A DNA stretch of 64,000 nt from Candidatus Poribacteria bacterium (GTDB lineage: Bacteria > Poribacteria > WGA-4E > WGA-3G), in assembly GCA_965214095.1 (NCBI GenBank), contig OZ243938.1, positions 3,744,001-3,808,000 of the forward strand. The letters are read 5' to 3'. The translations under genes and the position numbers were made by a program. The notes beneath the pieces are model-generated. The model worked only from the letters and a program-made list of their open reading frames with translations. It searched no databases and had not been told where the DNA came from. Shown here piece by piece: positions 27,167-37,909 of this stretch (the first letter of the stretch is position 1; each line of letters opens with the position of its first letter).

Positions 27167-28210
27167 GTGAAGACTTATATATCGTTACTATGTATTCTGT
27201 TTCTATTCTATTTTGTATCATCAAGCCAGCAAGCTGAGGAAACACCGCAATTATTGAAAGTAATTCCACTTTCACAAACAGCAATTCAACTCCAATATGA
27301 TGGTGAGTTGCTGCAGGAAACCGCTGAAGATACCTCAATTTATGAGATAACACCAGATGTCAAAATCGATTTCGCGCTACTTGATGATAGGTTGAACCGT
27401 GTCATGCTCTTCACATCTCCATTAGAGATAGGGAAAACATATAAATTCTCTTTAAAAAACACGCAGACAGCAATTGAAGTGACATTACCAGAGGAAAACG
27501 AAATCACCTTCGGAAGTGGTAACGCAGTTACATTTTCAGGCGGATTACAAGATACTAGTCTGATTGTCAATAAAGACCGTAAGACAAGAAACAACAATTC
27601 TGGTGCTGAATCTACACTTCTCTGTAATCCAGCTGGCACTGTCTTTTTTGTTGCTTTTGACCTCTTTGATGCCTTTGAAGATATGAATATCAGAGAACCG
27701 AAACAAGTCTTAGATGTAACTTTTAGTCTCCATGTTGAGAAATCTGAGGACGAGACTGCTCAGACAGTGATACTGCGACGTGTTTTGTTGCCTTGGAAAG
27801 AAGGCAGAGGAAAAGCCGAACGCGCAAAAGAGGACGAACTTACATACAACAGTCCATTACATCGCAACATGCCGTGGAATAAACCTCCGGCACAAGCGAT
27901 GTTAGCAGGAATTGATGGTGATAACGAAAGTGATTTCAACGGATCGGAGGATGTCGCGCATCGTATTGATGGATCTTATGAAATTCAAGAAACTGGAAAA
28001 CGTTATATCTTCAAGAGCGAATTAATCACCGATGCTGTCCGATTCTGGGTTAAAAATCCTGATTACAACTACGGCTATCTGTTCGCTTTGCGCGATGGCA
28101 GTGCTCCCATAACTTTCTCTTCAAAAGAAGCAGCTGATGAAAGCCTACGTCCAACATTAACTATACGTTACCAGACAAAATCTGATACTGAAATCATCCC
28201 TATTCGCTAA
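27167..28210 (+). CDS. Exported protein with Ig-like and DNRLRE/disaggregatase-like domains
   Basis: Signal peptide; PWKEG, W..NP..NYG, FSSKEA...RPTLTIRY pattern. Confidence 0.6.
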   Translation: MKTYISLLCILFLFYFVSSSQQAEETPQLLKVIPLSQTAIQLQYDGELLQETAEDTSIYEITPDVKIDFALLDDRLNRVMLFTSPLEIGKTYKFSLKNTQTAIEVTLPEENEITFGSGNAVTFSGGLQDTSLIVNKDRKTRNNNSGAESTLLCNPAGTVFFVAFDLFDAFEDMNIREPKQVLDVTFSLHVEKSEDETAQTVILRRVLLPWKEGRGKAERAKEDELTYNSPLHRNMPWNKPPAQAMLAGIDGDNESDFNGSEDVAHRIDGSYEIQETGKRYIFKSELITDAVRFWVKNPDYNYGYLFALRDGSAPITFSSKEAADESLRPTLTIRYQTKSDTEIIPIR

Positions 28211-28257
28211 CCGTTCTTTTCACTGGCATTGATGTCCCAAACAAACCCGCTTATTTT

Positions 28258-28627
28258 GCAGGATTAGCTGTTTTAGGAAACTTGAAATATGACCATCAAA
28301 CAATTATTGATTTAATTTCGGAGGAAACCGTGCAAGAATCCCCTCTCGTTCAATACCTAACAGAAAAAGCTACGCTTGAAGCCAGACAAGAAGGTATACA
28401 GCAAGGAAAACAAGAAGGTATACAACAGGGTGAAAAGTTACGTGCACTTGAAGATATTCTTGATGTCTTGGAAGTACGTTTGCAACCAGACGCAGCAAAT
28501 GCCTTCAAACCTGAACTTGTTGAAATTGATGATCTTCCATCTCAAGGTATTACTTCGTGCTGCAAGCCTTGCTGATACTCCAGAAGATTTCCAGAAGGCT
28601 TTGGATTCAAATGGAATCAAACAATAA
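28258..28627 (+). pseudogene. C-terminal remnant of an Rpn-type (PD-(D/E)XK nuclease/transposase-like) gene, frameshifted
   Basis: QESPLVQY, EARQEGIQQGKQEGIQQG repeats; frame change near 28537 joins DDL to HLKVLLRAASLADTPEDF; no N-terminal nuclease domain. Confidence 0.7.
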
Positions 28628-28648
28628 CAGACACTTGCCTTAGAAAGT

Positions 28649-29935
28649 TTAGATATATTGTCGCAAATGTCTTAGTGTCCGTTCCACCGCGCCGAGATTA
28701 TCCTCTATCACTTGCCTACTAATCTTCCCGGTAATAATTCGTTCTTCTTTATTATCCAACCAGTCAGAAATAGCTGATGTCATCTGTTGAGGTGTATGCA
28801 CTACTTTGGCGGCTCCCTTCTCCAATAATAGAGAAGCTTCATAAGCATTCTGTATTGTTGGACCAACAATTATCGGTTTACCCATTGCTGCAGGTTCCAT
28901 CACATTATGCACACTCCCATGGAAACTCCCACCAACAAACGCAACATCTGCTAACTGATACAACTTTGCTAAAATCCCTACAGTATCAACGATAAGGACT
29001 TCTATGTCACTGAAATTAGTTTCACCGTTGAGTTCTGAATAACTTATGTGTGATATTTCCCGTTTATCCAATTCAACCTGAATTTCAACAACCCGATCAG
29101 AAGTCGGTTCATGTGGCACTAAAATCAGATGTGGAGTTGGTTCAGGTGAGGTGTCCCGTAAAATCTGATACGTTTCAAAAATCACTTTTTCATCATCTGC
29201 ATAAGTGCTACCCGCAATGAAAATAGGATGTTTAAAAGTCGTCTGTCCAGGAAAAAACGCAGTGTCAGGTTCAACTGAAATTGCACGTTGATAAACCCGT
29301 TCATATCGTGTATCACCTGTAACAACAACCTGATTATCTGAAACACAGAGCTGCTGAAATCGTGTTGCATCCTCATCTGAAATAGCACAATGTAGCGCAA
29401 TAAACCGATGCACACTTCTAAAAAACGACTTGCCAATTATTCCAAGTCGTTTGGACCGAGGATGAAGAGTACCCGCAATAATAACTATTGGAATCTCGTT
29501 CTTTGCAGTCTTCCAGACAAGGTTGGGCCATATATCATATCTGGAAAAAATTAGACACGTAGGTTTGATCAGGTTAATCAAACGTTTTGCATTGTAGGAG
29601 GTATCAAAAGGAAGAAAAATGGATGCATCAGCGTAAGGATAGGATTCTACATTAGGCGCAACCGAAGGAGAGAAATAGGTTAGTATAATACGGGTTTCTG
29701 TGTAAATCGCTTCAATCAGTGGTTTTGCTTGCTCAAATTCTCCTACAGAAGTAAAGTGAAACCATGCTGTTTTCTCTAAATTCCTGGCATCATTGAGTTG
29801 ACGTTTCAATTTCTCAAAAACCTGTTGGCGTCCGACAATCCCCTCACGAATTTTGCGATTAAACATACCAGCAAAATAGAAACTGATGAAGATTATAGGC
29901 AGCGCGAAGGCATTGTAAACAAATCGCCAAAACAT
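28649..29935 (-). CDS. waaA: 3-deoxy-D-manno-octulosonic acid (Kdo) transferase
   Basis: WFH..SVGE, LPFD, DIWPN, GDTRYE, AGST, VPHEP, DTVGILA.LY, FVGGSF, HNVMEPA; start placed at MFWRF. Confidence 0.9.
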   Translation of the reverse strand: MFWRFVYNAFALPIIFISFYFAGMFNRKIREGIVGRQQVFEKLKRQLNDARNLEKTAWFHFTSVGEFEQAKPLIEAIYTETRIILTYFSPSVAPNVESYPYADASIFLPFDTSYNAKRLINLIKPTCLIFSRYDIWPNLVWKTAKNEIPIVIIAGTLHPRSKRLGIIGKSFFRSVHRFIALHCAISDEDATRFQQLCVSDNQVVVTGDTRYERVYQRAISVEPDTAFFPGQTTFKHPIFIAGSTYADDEKVIFETYQILRDTSPEPTPHLILVPHEPTSDRVVEIQVELDKREISHISYSELNGETNFSDIEVLIVDTVGILAKLYQLADVAFVGGSFHGSVHNVMEPAAMGKPIIVGPTIQNAYEASLLLEKGAAKVVHTPQQMTSAISDWLDNKEERIITGKISRQVIEDNLGAVERTLRHLRQYI

Positions 29936-30039
29936 AGCGTCCTGATATAGAATAGAACATAGAAAAGGCACACAACTATCTATAGAAGCGCGCCGAAGCA
30001 AGGCTGCCCCGGCTCTCCAACTTCTACATACAGATGGTA

Positions 30040-30369
30040 TTATAGAGCATCCAAAATCTTTTTCTTGAGTGCTTCTTTGTTCATAGCACCGACAATTTGA
30101 CCCGCTACTTCCCCATCTTTGAAAACGAGCAATGTTGGAATGCTACGCACACTATATTTCATTGCTGTTTGACGGTTGTCGTCCACATTGACCTTCCCAA
30201 CCTTGAATGTATCCGCATTTTCTGCGGCAAGCTCATCCAAAATAGGTGCAATCATTTTGCACGGACCACACCATTCTGCCCAAAAGTCAACAACGACAGG
30301 CGTATCGGATTCAATTACCGTTCCTTCAAATGTGTCGTCGGTGATTTCAAAAGTATTCTCAGCCATCAT
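30040..30369 (-). CDS. trxA: Thioredoxin
   Basis: VDFWAEWCGPCKM, VRSIPTL. Confidence 0.97.
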   Translation of the reverse strand: MMAENTFEITDDTFEGTVIESDTPVVVDFWAEWCGPCKMIAPILDELAAENADTFKVGKVNVDDNRQTAMKYSVRSIPTLLVFKDGEVAGQIVGAMNKEALKKKILDAL

Positions 30370-30673
30370 GACTCCTTATGAAAATAAAAATTAGGTATAT
30401 TACCCACCACGGTTATCAATCTTTGTGGTAATCTTGCTTTATTTATATGAGAAATCCATCGTTTTGATTAATTGGATTGATAGATATTCTCTCTTTGATG
30501 AAATGCTTAAATATGTTACCTTAATCTGAAATTAAATGCCAACCAATTATCAACAAATTTTTTGTTGATAAAAAAAGTAGTACGTGATATATTCTTCTCA
30601 ACCTGATAGAACATATAAGTTACCTTAGGCATTATAGATTTAATCGGATTTTCTAAGGCGAAGGAGGGAAAGT

Positions 30674-31315
30674 ATGTCAGAGAAAGATAAAGAGAAGAAA
30701 CAGGGTAAGAATATTTCTCGACGGAGTTTTATCAAAGGGGTAGGAACAGGTACAGTCGCAGCAACCGTTGCCCCCGCCATATTAGTCGGTGATGAGAAAG
30801 CAGCAGAAGCACAAACTGACGAAGCCGTTGCATCAGCAAAAATTCAATTGAATATCAATGAAGAGGTCACCGAAATTGAGGTTGAAGCACGCACCACTTT
30901 ACTATCCGTACTGCGCGATGGAATTGATACAACCGGAAACAACGTTGATCTCACAGGGGCAAAACTCATTTGTGACAAAGGTGAATGTGGTGGATGCACC
31001 GTGCTCGTTGATGGCAAACCAGTATACGCCTGTATGATGCTTGCAATGGACGCACAGGGAAAACAGATTACCACCGTGGAAGGCATCGCAAACGGAGCTG
31101 ACTTACATCCAGTGCAGGAAGCATTCATTCAACACGATGCACTGATGTGTGGATTCTGCACACCCGGTTTTGTCGTCTCATCCGTAGCACTCTTGAATGA
31201 AAACAACAAACCTACGATCGCAGAGATCAAGGAAGGCTTATCGGGCAACACTTGTCGTTGCGGCACTTACCCGTTTATATTTGACGCTGTTGAAACTGCA
31301 TCTCAAAAAATGTAG
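30674..31315 (+). CDS. 2Fe-2S subunit of aldehyde oxidoreductase/xanthine dehydrogenase family with Tat signal (PaoA-like)
   Basis: SRRSFIK twin-arginine motif; CDKGECGGC, CGFCTPG, CRC. Confidence 0.92.
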   Translation: MSEKDKEKKQGKNISRRSFIKGVGTGTVAATVAPAILVGDEKAAEAQTDEAVASAKIQLNINEEVTEIEVEARTTLLSVLRDGIDTTGNNVDLTGAKLICDKGECGGCTVLVDGKPVYACMMLAMDAQGKQITTVEGIANGADLHPVQEAFIQHDALMCGFCTPGFVVSSVALLNENNKPTIAEIKEGLSGNTCRCGTYPFIFDAVETASQKM

Positions 31316-31382
31316 TGATTACTTACCTTTTCCTATAAGGTAGTCAATGTAAACGCGTAATTTATTGAGAAGGAGAAAAAAT

Positions 31383-33503
31383 ATGGCATCATGGGGAGAA
31401 GCAAGCCAGTCAAGACTTATTGGTAAGCGGATTACCCGTTTGTCCGGTAAGGATAAAGTTACTGGAAAAGCAAAATATACTTATGATATCAATCGTCCGG
31501 GTATGCTGTATGCAAGGATTCTGCGGTCTGATGTTGCACATGCAAACGTGATAGATATAGATTTATCTCGTGCCGAAGAACTGCCGGGTGTAAAAGCTGT
31601 CCTGCCAATAATTGAAGTTGGCAAGAAACTTCGCTATCAAGGACAGGAGATCGCCGCAGTCGCTGCAGAAACTGACGAGATTGCGAAAGACGCACTCAGA
31701 TTGATATTTGTTGACTTGGAAGAGTTACCCTACGTTGTAACAGAAGAAGATGCATTGGCAGAAGGGGCACCAGAGATCCGAGATGATTGGAAAGGGAATA
31801 AGAGTAATCCCGGCAAGAATGAAGAAGGTGATGTAGATGCAGCTTTCAATGAAGCAGCCGTTACAGTAGAAGCAACATACCATACACCTGTTCAAACCCA
31901 CGTATGTTTAGAAACACACGGACACGTCGTAGAATGGACAGATGATCAGAACCTAACCGTCTGGGCATCTACACAAGCGGTTTTTGGTGTCAGAGATGAT
32001 TTTGCCCGGCGTTTTGAACTACCTGCAAACCAGGTCAGAGTTATCACGGAACACATGGGTGGTGGATTTGGAAGCAAATTCGGCCCTGGTGTTGAAGGAC
32101 ATACTGCAGCACAACTGTCTAAAATCACTGGCAGACCCGTAAAATTAATGTTGACAAGGAGGGCTGAACACCTCGTCGCTGGAAACAGACCCTCAATGAC
32201 ACAACAAGTCAAGGCAGGTGCATCCAGCGATGGTCGTCTCATTGCGTATGACATGCAAGGATATGGCACAGGAGGAATATCCAGTGGAGCTGGTTTCACC
32301 GGTCCTTATGTATACCATGTTGAAAATCAAAGAACAGAACGGTTCAACGTAGTTACCAATGCTGGCAACCAACGCGCCATGCGTGCACCCGGACACCCAC
32401 AAGGTGCTTTTGCAATGGATTCCTTGATGGATGAGCTTGCAGAAAAACTGGGAATGAACCCACTTGAGTTTAGACGTATAAACGACTCAAGCGAAGTCCG
32501 TCAAGCACAATATACCCTCGGTGCACAAGAAATCGGATGGCACAGACGCAACACCATTCCCGGTTCCGGCACAGGTGTGAAAAAACGCGGTATAGGTGTC
32601 GGTAGTGGTCAATGGGGCGGTGGCGGCGGAAGAGGCACACAAGCACGCGTTACCATCAATGCGGATGGCACCGTTGAAGCAGTCACTGGAACACAAGACC
32701 TCGGAACTGGTATCCGAACGGCTATCGCTATCATCGTCGCTGAAGAGTTCGGACTACAACCTACCGATATTTCCGTAAAGATTGGAGACAGTGGTCCTGG
32801 TCTTCGATCAGGTGGTAGTGGCGGAAGTCAAACAACTGCATCCGTTGCGCCTGTTATCAAAACAGCAGCCGAAACAGCAAAACAGAAACTGTTTGCACAC
32901 GTAGCACCTCTACTTCAAGCACCCGTTGACGACCTACGCGTTGGCAATGGCATTATCTATGTCGCATCTGACAGAACAAAGACAGTCACTTGGCATCAGG
33001 CTACAGGTCTGCTCGGAATGGAAAGCATCAGTGAAGGTGGCAGTTGGGATCAAGAACTTCGTAAAGGTGGTGCTGCTGGCACTCAATTCGCTGAGGTAGA
33101 AGTGGATACCGAAACGGGGAATGTTCAAGTCATAAAGATTGTCGCTGTCCAAGATTGTGGATTAGCAATCAACAGATTAACCACCGAAAGCCAAATTAAT
33201 GGTGGTGTTATCATGGGATTAGGACAAACCCTATTAGAAGAACGAATTATGGATCCACTTACCGGACGAATGCTCAACGCTAACCTTGAAGATTACAAAG
33301 TCCCCGGCACTTACGAAATACCGGAAATCAAATCTATCGTTTTTGATACACACCGGAAAGTCACTGGTGTCGGTGAACCACCGTGTATACCTACACTCGG
33401 GGCAATCGCAAATGCTGTCTATAACGCAATCGGTGTCCGCATCCGCGAACTCCCGATTACTCCCGACAAAGTTCTCACAGCACTCACTGAGAAGAAAGCA
33501 TAA
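31383..33503 (+). CDS. Molybdopterin-binding subunit, xanthine dehydrogenase family (PaoC-like)
   Basis: KVTG.AKY, GGGFGSK, MRAPG, QDLGTG, SGGSQT, GVGEP; SD AAGGAG before ATG 31383. Confidence 0.92.
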   Translation: MASWGEASQSRLIGKRITRLSGKDKVTGKAKYTYDINRPGMLYARILRSDVAHANVIDIDLSRAEELPGVKAVLPIIEVGKKLRYQGQEIAAVAAETDEIAKDALRLIFVDLEELPYVVTEEDALAEGAPEIRDDWKGNKSNPGKNEEGDVDAAFNEAAVTVEATYHTPVQTHVCLETHGHVVEWTDDQNLTVWASTQAVFGVRDDFARRFELPANQVRVITEHMGGGFGSKFGPGVEGHTAAQLSKITGRPVKLMLTRRAEHLVAGNRPSMTQQVKAGASSDGRLIAYDMQGYGTGGISSGAGFTGPYVYHVENQRTERFNVVTNAGNQRAMRAPGHPQGAFAMDSLMDELAEKLGMNPLEFRRINDSSEVRQAQYTLGAQEIGWHRRNTIPGSGTGVKKRGIGVGSGQWGGGGGRGTQARVTINADGTVEAVTGTQDLGTGIRTAIAIIVAEEFGLQPTDISVKIGDSGPGLRSGGSGGSQTTASVAPVIKTAAETAKQKLFAHVAPLLQAPVDDLRVGNGIIYVASDRTKTVTWHQATGLLGMESISEGGSWDQELRKGGAAGTQFAEVEVDTETGNVQVIKIVAVQDCGLAINRLTTESQINGGVIMGLGQTLLEERIMDPLTGRMLNANLEDYKVPGTYEIPEIKSIVFDTHRKVTGVGEPPCIPTLGAIANAVYNAIGVRIRELPITPDKVLTALTEKKA

Positions 33504-33514
33504 GGAGGTAAGCA

Positions 33515-34495
33515 ATGGATAAATTTAGTTATGTCAACGCAACAAGTCTGAAACAGGTTACCTCGTTATTGAGCGATAGCGGATGGGGTGAAGTGATGCT
33601 AATAGCAGGTGGAACTGACCTACTCAGCGAACTGAAGGAATACATTGAAACACCAAAAACGCTGATTAATCTCAAGACATTGCCTGATATGGATGGTATA
33701 TCAGCAGACGCAAATGGATTAACTATCGGTGCATTAACGACAGTTGCTGATATTGCTATGCACCCGACTATTCAGCACCATTACACCGTGCTTGCACAAG
33801 CTGCAGCGTCTGTCGCTACGCCGCAGATTCGTAACGTCGGCACAATAGGCGGAAACCTATGCCAACGTCCGCGCTGCTGGTACTACCGTGATGAAACCGT
33901 CAATTGCATCAAAAAAGGTGGAGACCTATGCTATGCAGTTGATGGACTCAGCAAATACCACGCTATTCTCGGTGGGGATCCGGTCTATATCGTGCATCCT
34001 TCAGACATTGCACCTGCATTGATTGCACTCGACGCATCAATGAAAATCACTGGTCCAGAAGGTGAGAAAACTATGAAAGTTGAGGAGTTCTTTACCTTAC
34101 CATCAGATAATCCGTTTCGTGAAAATGTGCTTCAACCGAACGAAATCGTCGTTGAAATTCAGATACCAAATCCGAAACTGAATACAAAGAGTTTCTATCT
34201 GAAGGCACGTGAGAAAGGTGCACCCGACTTCGCTTTAGCAAGTGTAGCAGGTGTCTTTGAGATGGCAGGACGCACATGTCAATCCGCAAACATCGTTCTC
34301 GGAGGTGTTGCTCCAAAACCTTGGCGTTCTACTGAAGCGGAAACTGTTCTCACTGGTACTATGGTAGACAAAGCAGTTAGCATGAAGGCAGGTGAGGAAG
34401 CGGTCCAAAAAGCACGTCCCTTGAACGATAACGAATACAAGGTGACACTCACCCAAAATCTCATCAGCCGTGCCGCGATGATGGCAGTGAGTTAA
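33515..34495 (+). CDS. FAD-binding subunit, xanthine dehydrogenase family (PaoB-like)
   Basis: AGGTDLL, QIRNVGTIGGNLCQRPRCWYYR, HPSDIAPAL. Confidence 0.92.
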   Translation: MDKFSYVNATSLKQVTSLLSDSGWGEVMLIAGGTDLLSELKEYIETPKTLINLKTLPDMDGISADANGLTIGALTTVADIAMHPTIQHHYTVLAQAAASVATPQIRNVGTIGGNLCQRPRCWYYRDETVNCIKKGGDLCYAVDGLSKYHAILGGDPVYIVHPSDIAPALIALDASMKITGPEGEKTMKVEEFFTLPSDNPFRENVLQPNEIVVEIQIPNPKLNTKSFYLKAREKGAPDFALASVAGVFEMAGRTCQSANIVLGGVAPKPWRSTEAETVLTGTMVDKAVSMKAGEEAVQKARPLNDNEYKVTLTQNLISRAAMMAVS

Positions 34496-34506
34496 GGAGG
34501 AATAAT

Positions 34507-34746
34507 ATGTTAGAGGAAAAAACACTTCCAATGTACAATCGCACAGTATGTCAAAATCTGCGGACAAAAGCACTCTATATTCCAGGTGGCAACCTGCAAA
34601 ACCTTGTTGAAGAAAATCCAGGAACACACTATTGGTGCAACTGTACAATGCAGGTCGTCGGACCAGATGATCAGTTTGTTTCACCAAACGCATGCAAACA
34701 ATCACGTTCCTGTTTCAATCCTGTCGGCGCAAAACCGATAGTCTAA
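34507..34746 (+). CDS. Small Cys-rich protein at the end of the Pao-like operon
   Basis: SD AAGGAGG; 79 aa with CQNL, YWCNCT, C..SRSCF. Confidence 0.7.
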   Translation: MLEEKTLPMYNRTVCQNLRTKALYIPGGNLQNLVEENPGTHYWCNCTMQVVGPDDQFVSPNACKQSRSCFNPVGAKPIV

Positions 34747-34821
34747 TCACGCAAATGTAGTTATCGGTTATCAGCATACTCTTTCTGATAACCGATAACT
34801 TGTCTGCTTTCCATTCTATAT

Positions 34822-35283
34822 GTGACAATGTTCCTAAAACCTTTCGTCCAATGGGTGCATGTCGGTTCTGTCGTCCTCATGATTGGTGGTTTCTTCTTCT
34901 TCCGCGTCGTTCTCATCCCAATTGCTAACCGTTTCCCCGAACCAAAAAACATAATATTATCCGCATTAAGACGTTTTAGTAGAGTCGTTTGGATTACATT
35001 ATTGACTGTGCTAATTTCTGGCGTATATAATTTTATATCATTCCTCAGAACTGCACGTGTCACCGCACAAGAAACTGAAGTAGATTACTCGCTTTACATA
35101 CTTATATTAGGTATCAAGTTCTTTATCGTATTTCTGATATATACAGTTGCAGTTGTGCTGACGTTTCCGTATCCAGTATTTGAAGGATTTCAGAAAAAAC
35201 CGACACCATGGCTGAACATCATCATCGTTTTGGGACTGATAATCATATTCTTATCATCGTTTTTACGTAGACTATCGTTTTAA
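34822..35283 (+). CDS. Four-TM membrane protein (CopD-like)
   Basis: W.HV.....MIGG..F, LISG.YN, LGIK; four hydrophobic segments. Confidence 0.65.
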   Translation: MTMFLKPFVQWVHVGSVVLMIGGFFFFRVVLIPIANRFPEPKNIILSALRRFSRVVWITLLTVLISGVYNFISFLRTARVTAQETEVDYSLYILILGIKFFIVFLIYTVAVVLTFPYPVFEGFQKKPTPWLNIIIVLGLIIIFLSSFLRRLSF

Positions 35284-35317
35284 CACGAGAAATAAATGTA
35301 CAGAAAGGAGCAAACAG

Positions 35318-36136
35318 ATGGCAGTATTAAACAAAGAAGATCGGACATTTTGGAAAGAAAAAGGTTATGTCATTATCAAGAATGCGGCACCACCAGAATT
35401 AATCCAAAACGCAGAAAACGCCGTTTGGGATTTCCTCGAAATGGATGCTAACACACCAGAGAATTGGTACACTGATCCGCCTCGTGGCATTATGGTAGAA
35501 ATCTATCAACATCCTGCATTATGGGCAACGCGTCAATACCCACGTGTCCACCAAGCTTTCGCAGAAATCTGGGGAAACGAGAAACTATGGGTCAGTTTTG
35601 ACAGAGCAAGTATGAGTCCTCCAAATCTACCCGGCAAATATGAACGAACCAGCGTTGGACTGCATTGGGATATGTCCATAGACCTACCAATCCGCTTTCA
35701 TGTGCAAGGTGTCCTTTACTTAACAGATACCGCAGAGAACCAAGGCGCATTTGTTTGTGTCCCCGGTTTCCACAACAAAATTGAGGAGTGGATAAAGAGT
35801 CTACCCAAAGATGCAGACCCACGTCAACAAAATTTGGAAGCATTAGGCATGATTCCTGTACCTGCCAACGCAGGGGATCTGATTATTTGGCATAGTGCAT
35901 TACCACATAGTGCTGGTATCAATACTGCTGATGTACCGCGCGTTGCGCAATACATCACGATGACCCCAACAGGTGAAGCAAATCAAGAAGCGAGAGAACG
36001 TCGCATCAACGCATGGAAAAATAGAATGGCAGGTTTTGGTGGTGAACGCGCAGAAAAAGAACATGAGACAGGAAAAACAGCAGAATTATCCGACCTTGGA
36101 AAGAAATTGTTAGGTCTTGAACTGTGGGGAAGTTAA
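35318..36136 (+). CDS. Phytanoyl-CoA dioxygenase (PhyH) family Fe/2OG dioxygenase
   Basis: GYVII, LHWD, VPGFH, GDLIIWHSALPH, R.AQY. Confidence 0.9.
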   Translation: MAVLNKEDRTFWKEKGYVIIKNAAPPELIQNAENAVWDFLEMDANTPENWYTDPPRGIMVEIYQHPALWATRQYPRVHQAFAEIWGNEKLWVSFDRASMSPPNLPGKYERTSVGLHWDMSIDLPIRFHVQGVLYLTDTAENQGAFVCVPGFHNKIEEWIKSLPKDADPRQQNLEALGMIPVPANAGDLIIWHSALPHSAGINTADVPRVAQYITMTPTGEANQEARERRINAWKNRMAGFGGERAEKEHETGKTAELSDLGKKLLGLELWGS

Positions 36137-37140
36137 TCGTTTAGATTTCTACCAAGAACCGGATACGCAGGGTCGTTATATCCTTTTCCTGTGTGTTCCC
36201 CAGGCGGTACTAATGCATCAATTGCCGTTTCATTTTCCTCTGTGATAGTGCAGTCTAAACAACCCAAATTATCCTCTAACTGTTCCATCGTGCGAGGACC
36301 GATGATAACAGATGTTATCGTGGGATTTGCTAACACCCATGCCAACGCGAATTGTGTCAAAGTCTTCCCGTGTGCATCTGCTAAAGGTTTTAGTTGCTGT
36401 GCAACATCAAAACTCTCGTCGCGAAGTTCAGTCTGTCCAATCCGTCGATCTTTACGTGCAGCCCTTGATCCCTTCGGAGGTTTTTCTCCTGTCAAATACT
36501 TACCCGACAAGACACCCCGAGCCAACGGACTATACGGAACGACACCGACTCCATACTTAGCACAGAATGGCAGCAACTCCACTTCTGCATCCCGATTCAC
36601 AATATTATAGAGTGGTTGAACACACGCAAATTCCTCTAATCCTAATTTCTCACTTGTCCAGAGTGCTTCACAAACGCGCCATGTTTCAAAGTTAGAACAT
36701 GCAATGTAACGAACCTTACCTTGACGCACGCAATCGTCAAGTGCCCTTAATGATTCCGAAATTCGAGTAGATGCATCCCATCGGTGTAAGTAGTACACAT
36801 CAATATGGTCAGTGCCAAGCCGTTTCAAACTCTCTTCAACTGCCGACATAATGTGAAATCTGTGGGAACCGCTCTCATTGACATCATCTCCCATAGTCCC
36901 GTGAACCTTCGTTGCGATTACCCACTTATCCCGATTCTCACGCACTGCTTTACCGATAACCCGTTCAGACTCACCGCCGTTATACACATTCGCAGTATCA
37001 AGAAAGTTAATCCCCGCATCCATTGCATGATGCATAATTCGGATGGAATCCTTTTCATTCGTCGGTCCACCAAACATCATTGTCCCAAGGCAGAGCTGCG
37101 ATACTTTCACACCTGCCTGTCCAAGTGTCCTATATTCCAT
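36133..37140 (-). CDS. Aldo/keto reductase
   Basis: MEYRTLG, LCLGTM, DTANVY, SLKRLGTDHID, YSPLARG; start placed at 37140. Confidence 0.93.
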   Translation of the reverse strand: MEYRTLGQAGVKVSQLCLGTMMFGGPTNEKDSIRIMHHAMDAGINFLDTANVYNGGESERVIGKAVRENRDKWVIATKVHGTMGDDVNESGSHRFHIMSAVEESLKRLGTDHIDVYYLHRWDASTRISESLRALDDCVRQGKVRYIACSNFETWRVCEALWTSEKLGLEEFACVQPLYNIVNRDAEVELLPFCAKYGVGVVPYSPLARGVLSGKYLTGEKPPKGSRAARKDRRIGQTELRDESFDVAQQLKPLADAHGKTLTQFALAWVLANPTITSVIIGPRTMEQLEDNLGCLDCTITEENETAIDALVPPGEHTGKGYNDPAYPVLGRNLND

Positions 37141-37162
37141 TGCCAATTTCCTTTCAAATATA

Positions 37163-37894
37163 CTAACCCATTCGAATACCACCATTAACATCAAGAGTCG
37201 CACCAGTGATATATTGTCCCTCATCCGAAGCCAGAAAAACGATAGCACTTGCAATCTCCGATGGATCTGCAACGCGTCCCAACGGAATCTGATCTGTCAT
37301 ATCAGGATGATTCTTTGCCATCTCTGTCGCAGCAATACCCGGTGCTATTGAGTTCACCGTAATCCCATATTCACCTAAGACTCGTGCAAACGATTTCGTC
37401 AGACACATGACTCCCGCTTTTGACGTAGAATAAGGTGCGGACGCAACCAGACCACCCACCTGTCCCGCCAAAGAACCGAGATTGATTATCCTCCCAAATT
37501 TCTGTTCCTTCATCGTTTCCATGACTGCCTGCGAACAGAGAAAAGGACCTTTGAGGTTAACAGCCATCATCCTATCCCATTCTTCTTCGCTACATGCATC
37601 AATACGTGTATAACTGAAAATTCCCGCGTTATTGACTAAAATATCAATCCGACCGAGTTCTTCAAGTGTCCTGTTAACCATCGCACGCACGGATTCACCA
37701 TCGGCAACATCCGTTTCAACCACCAAACACCTTCTACCGAGAGCCGTAATTTTTTCAGACACTGCCGTAGCATTCGTCATATTCACTTCGGGGATAACAA
37801 TATCTGCCCCTTCCTGAGCAAAAGCAATACATGTTGCCTTACCAATACCGCCGCCGCCACCCGTCACTATCGCAACGCGCCCATTCAAACGCAT
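37163..37894 (-). CDS. SDR family oxidoreductase (FabG-like)
   Basis: TGGGGGIG, NNAG, YSTSK. Confidence 0.93.
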   Translation of the reverse strand: MRLNGRVAIVTGGGGGIGKATCIAFAQEGADIVIPEVNMTNATAVSEKITALGRRCLVVETDVADGESVRAMVNRTLEELGRIDILVNNAGIFSYTRIDACSEEEWDRMMAVNLKGPFLCSQAVMETMKEQKFGRIINLGSLAGQVGGLVASAPYSTSKAGVMCLTKSFARVLGEYGITVNSIAPGIAATEMAKNHPDMTDQIPLGRVADPSEIASAIVFLASDEGQYITGATLDVNGGIRMG

Positions 37895-37909
37895 CTCTGT
37901 TCTCCTAAA

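Noticed and set aside
37141-37272. N-terminal extension of the aldo/keto reductase in the ORF track
   Set aside because: It overlaps the SDR gene; the SD and family start fit 37140. Similar over-long starts were trimmed for folB, waaA, the Mo subunit and paralogs 1-2.
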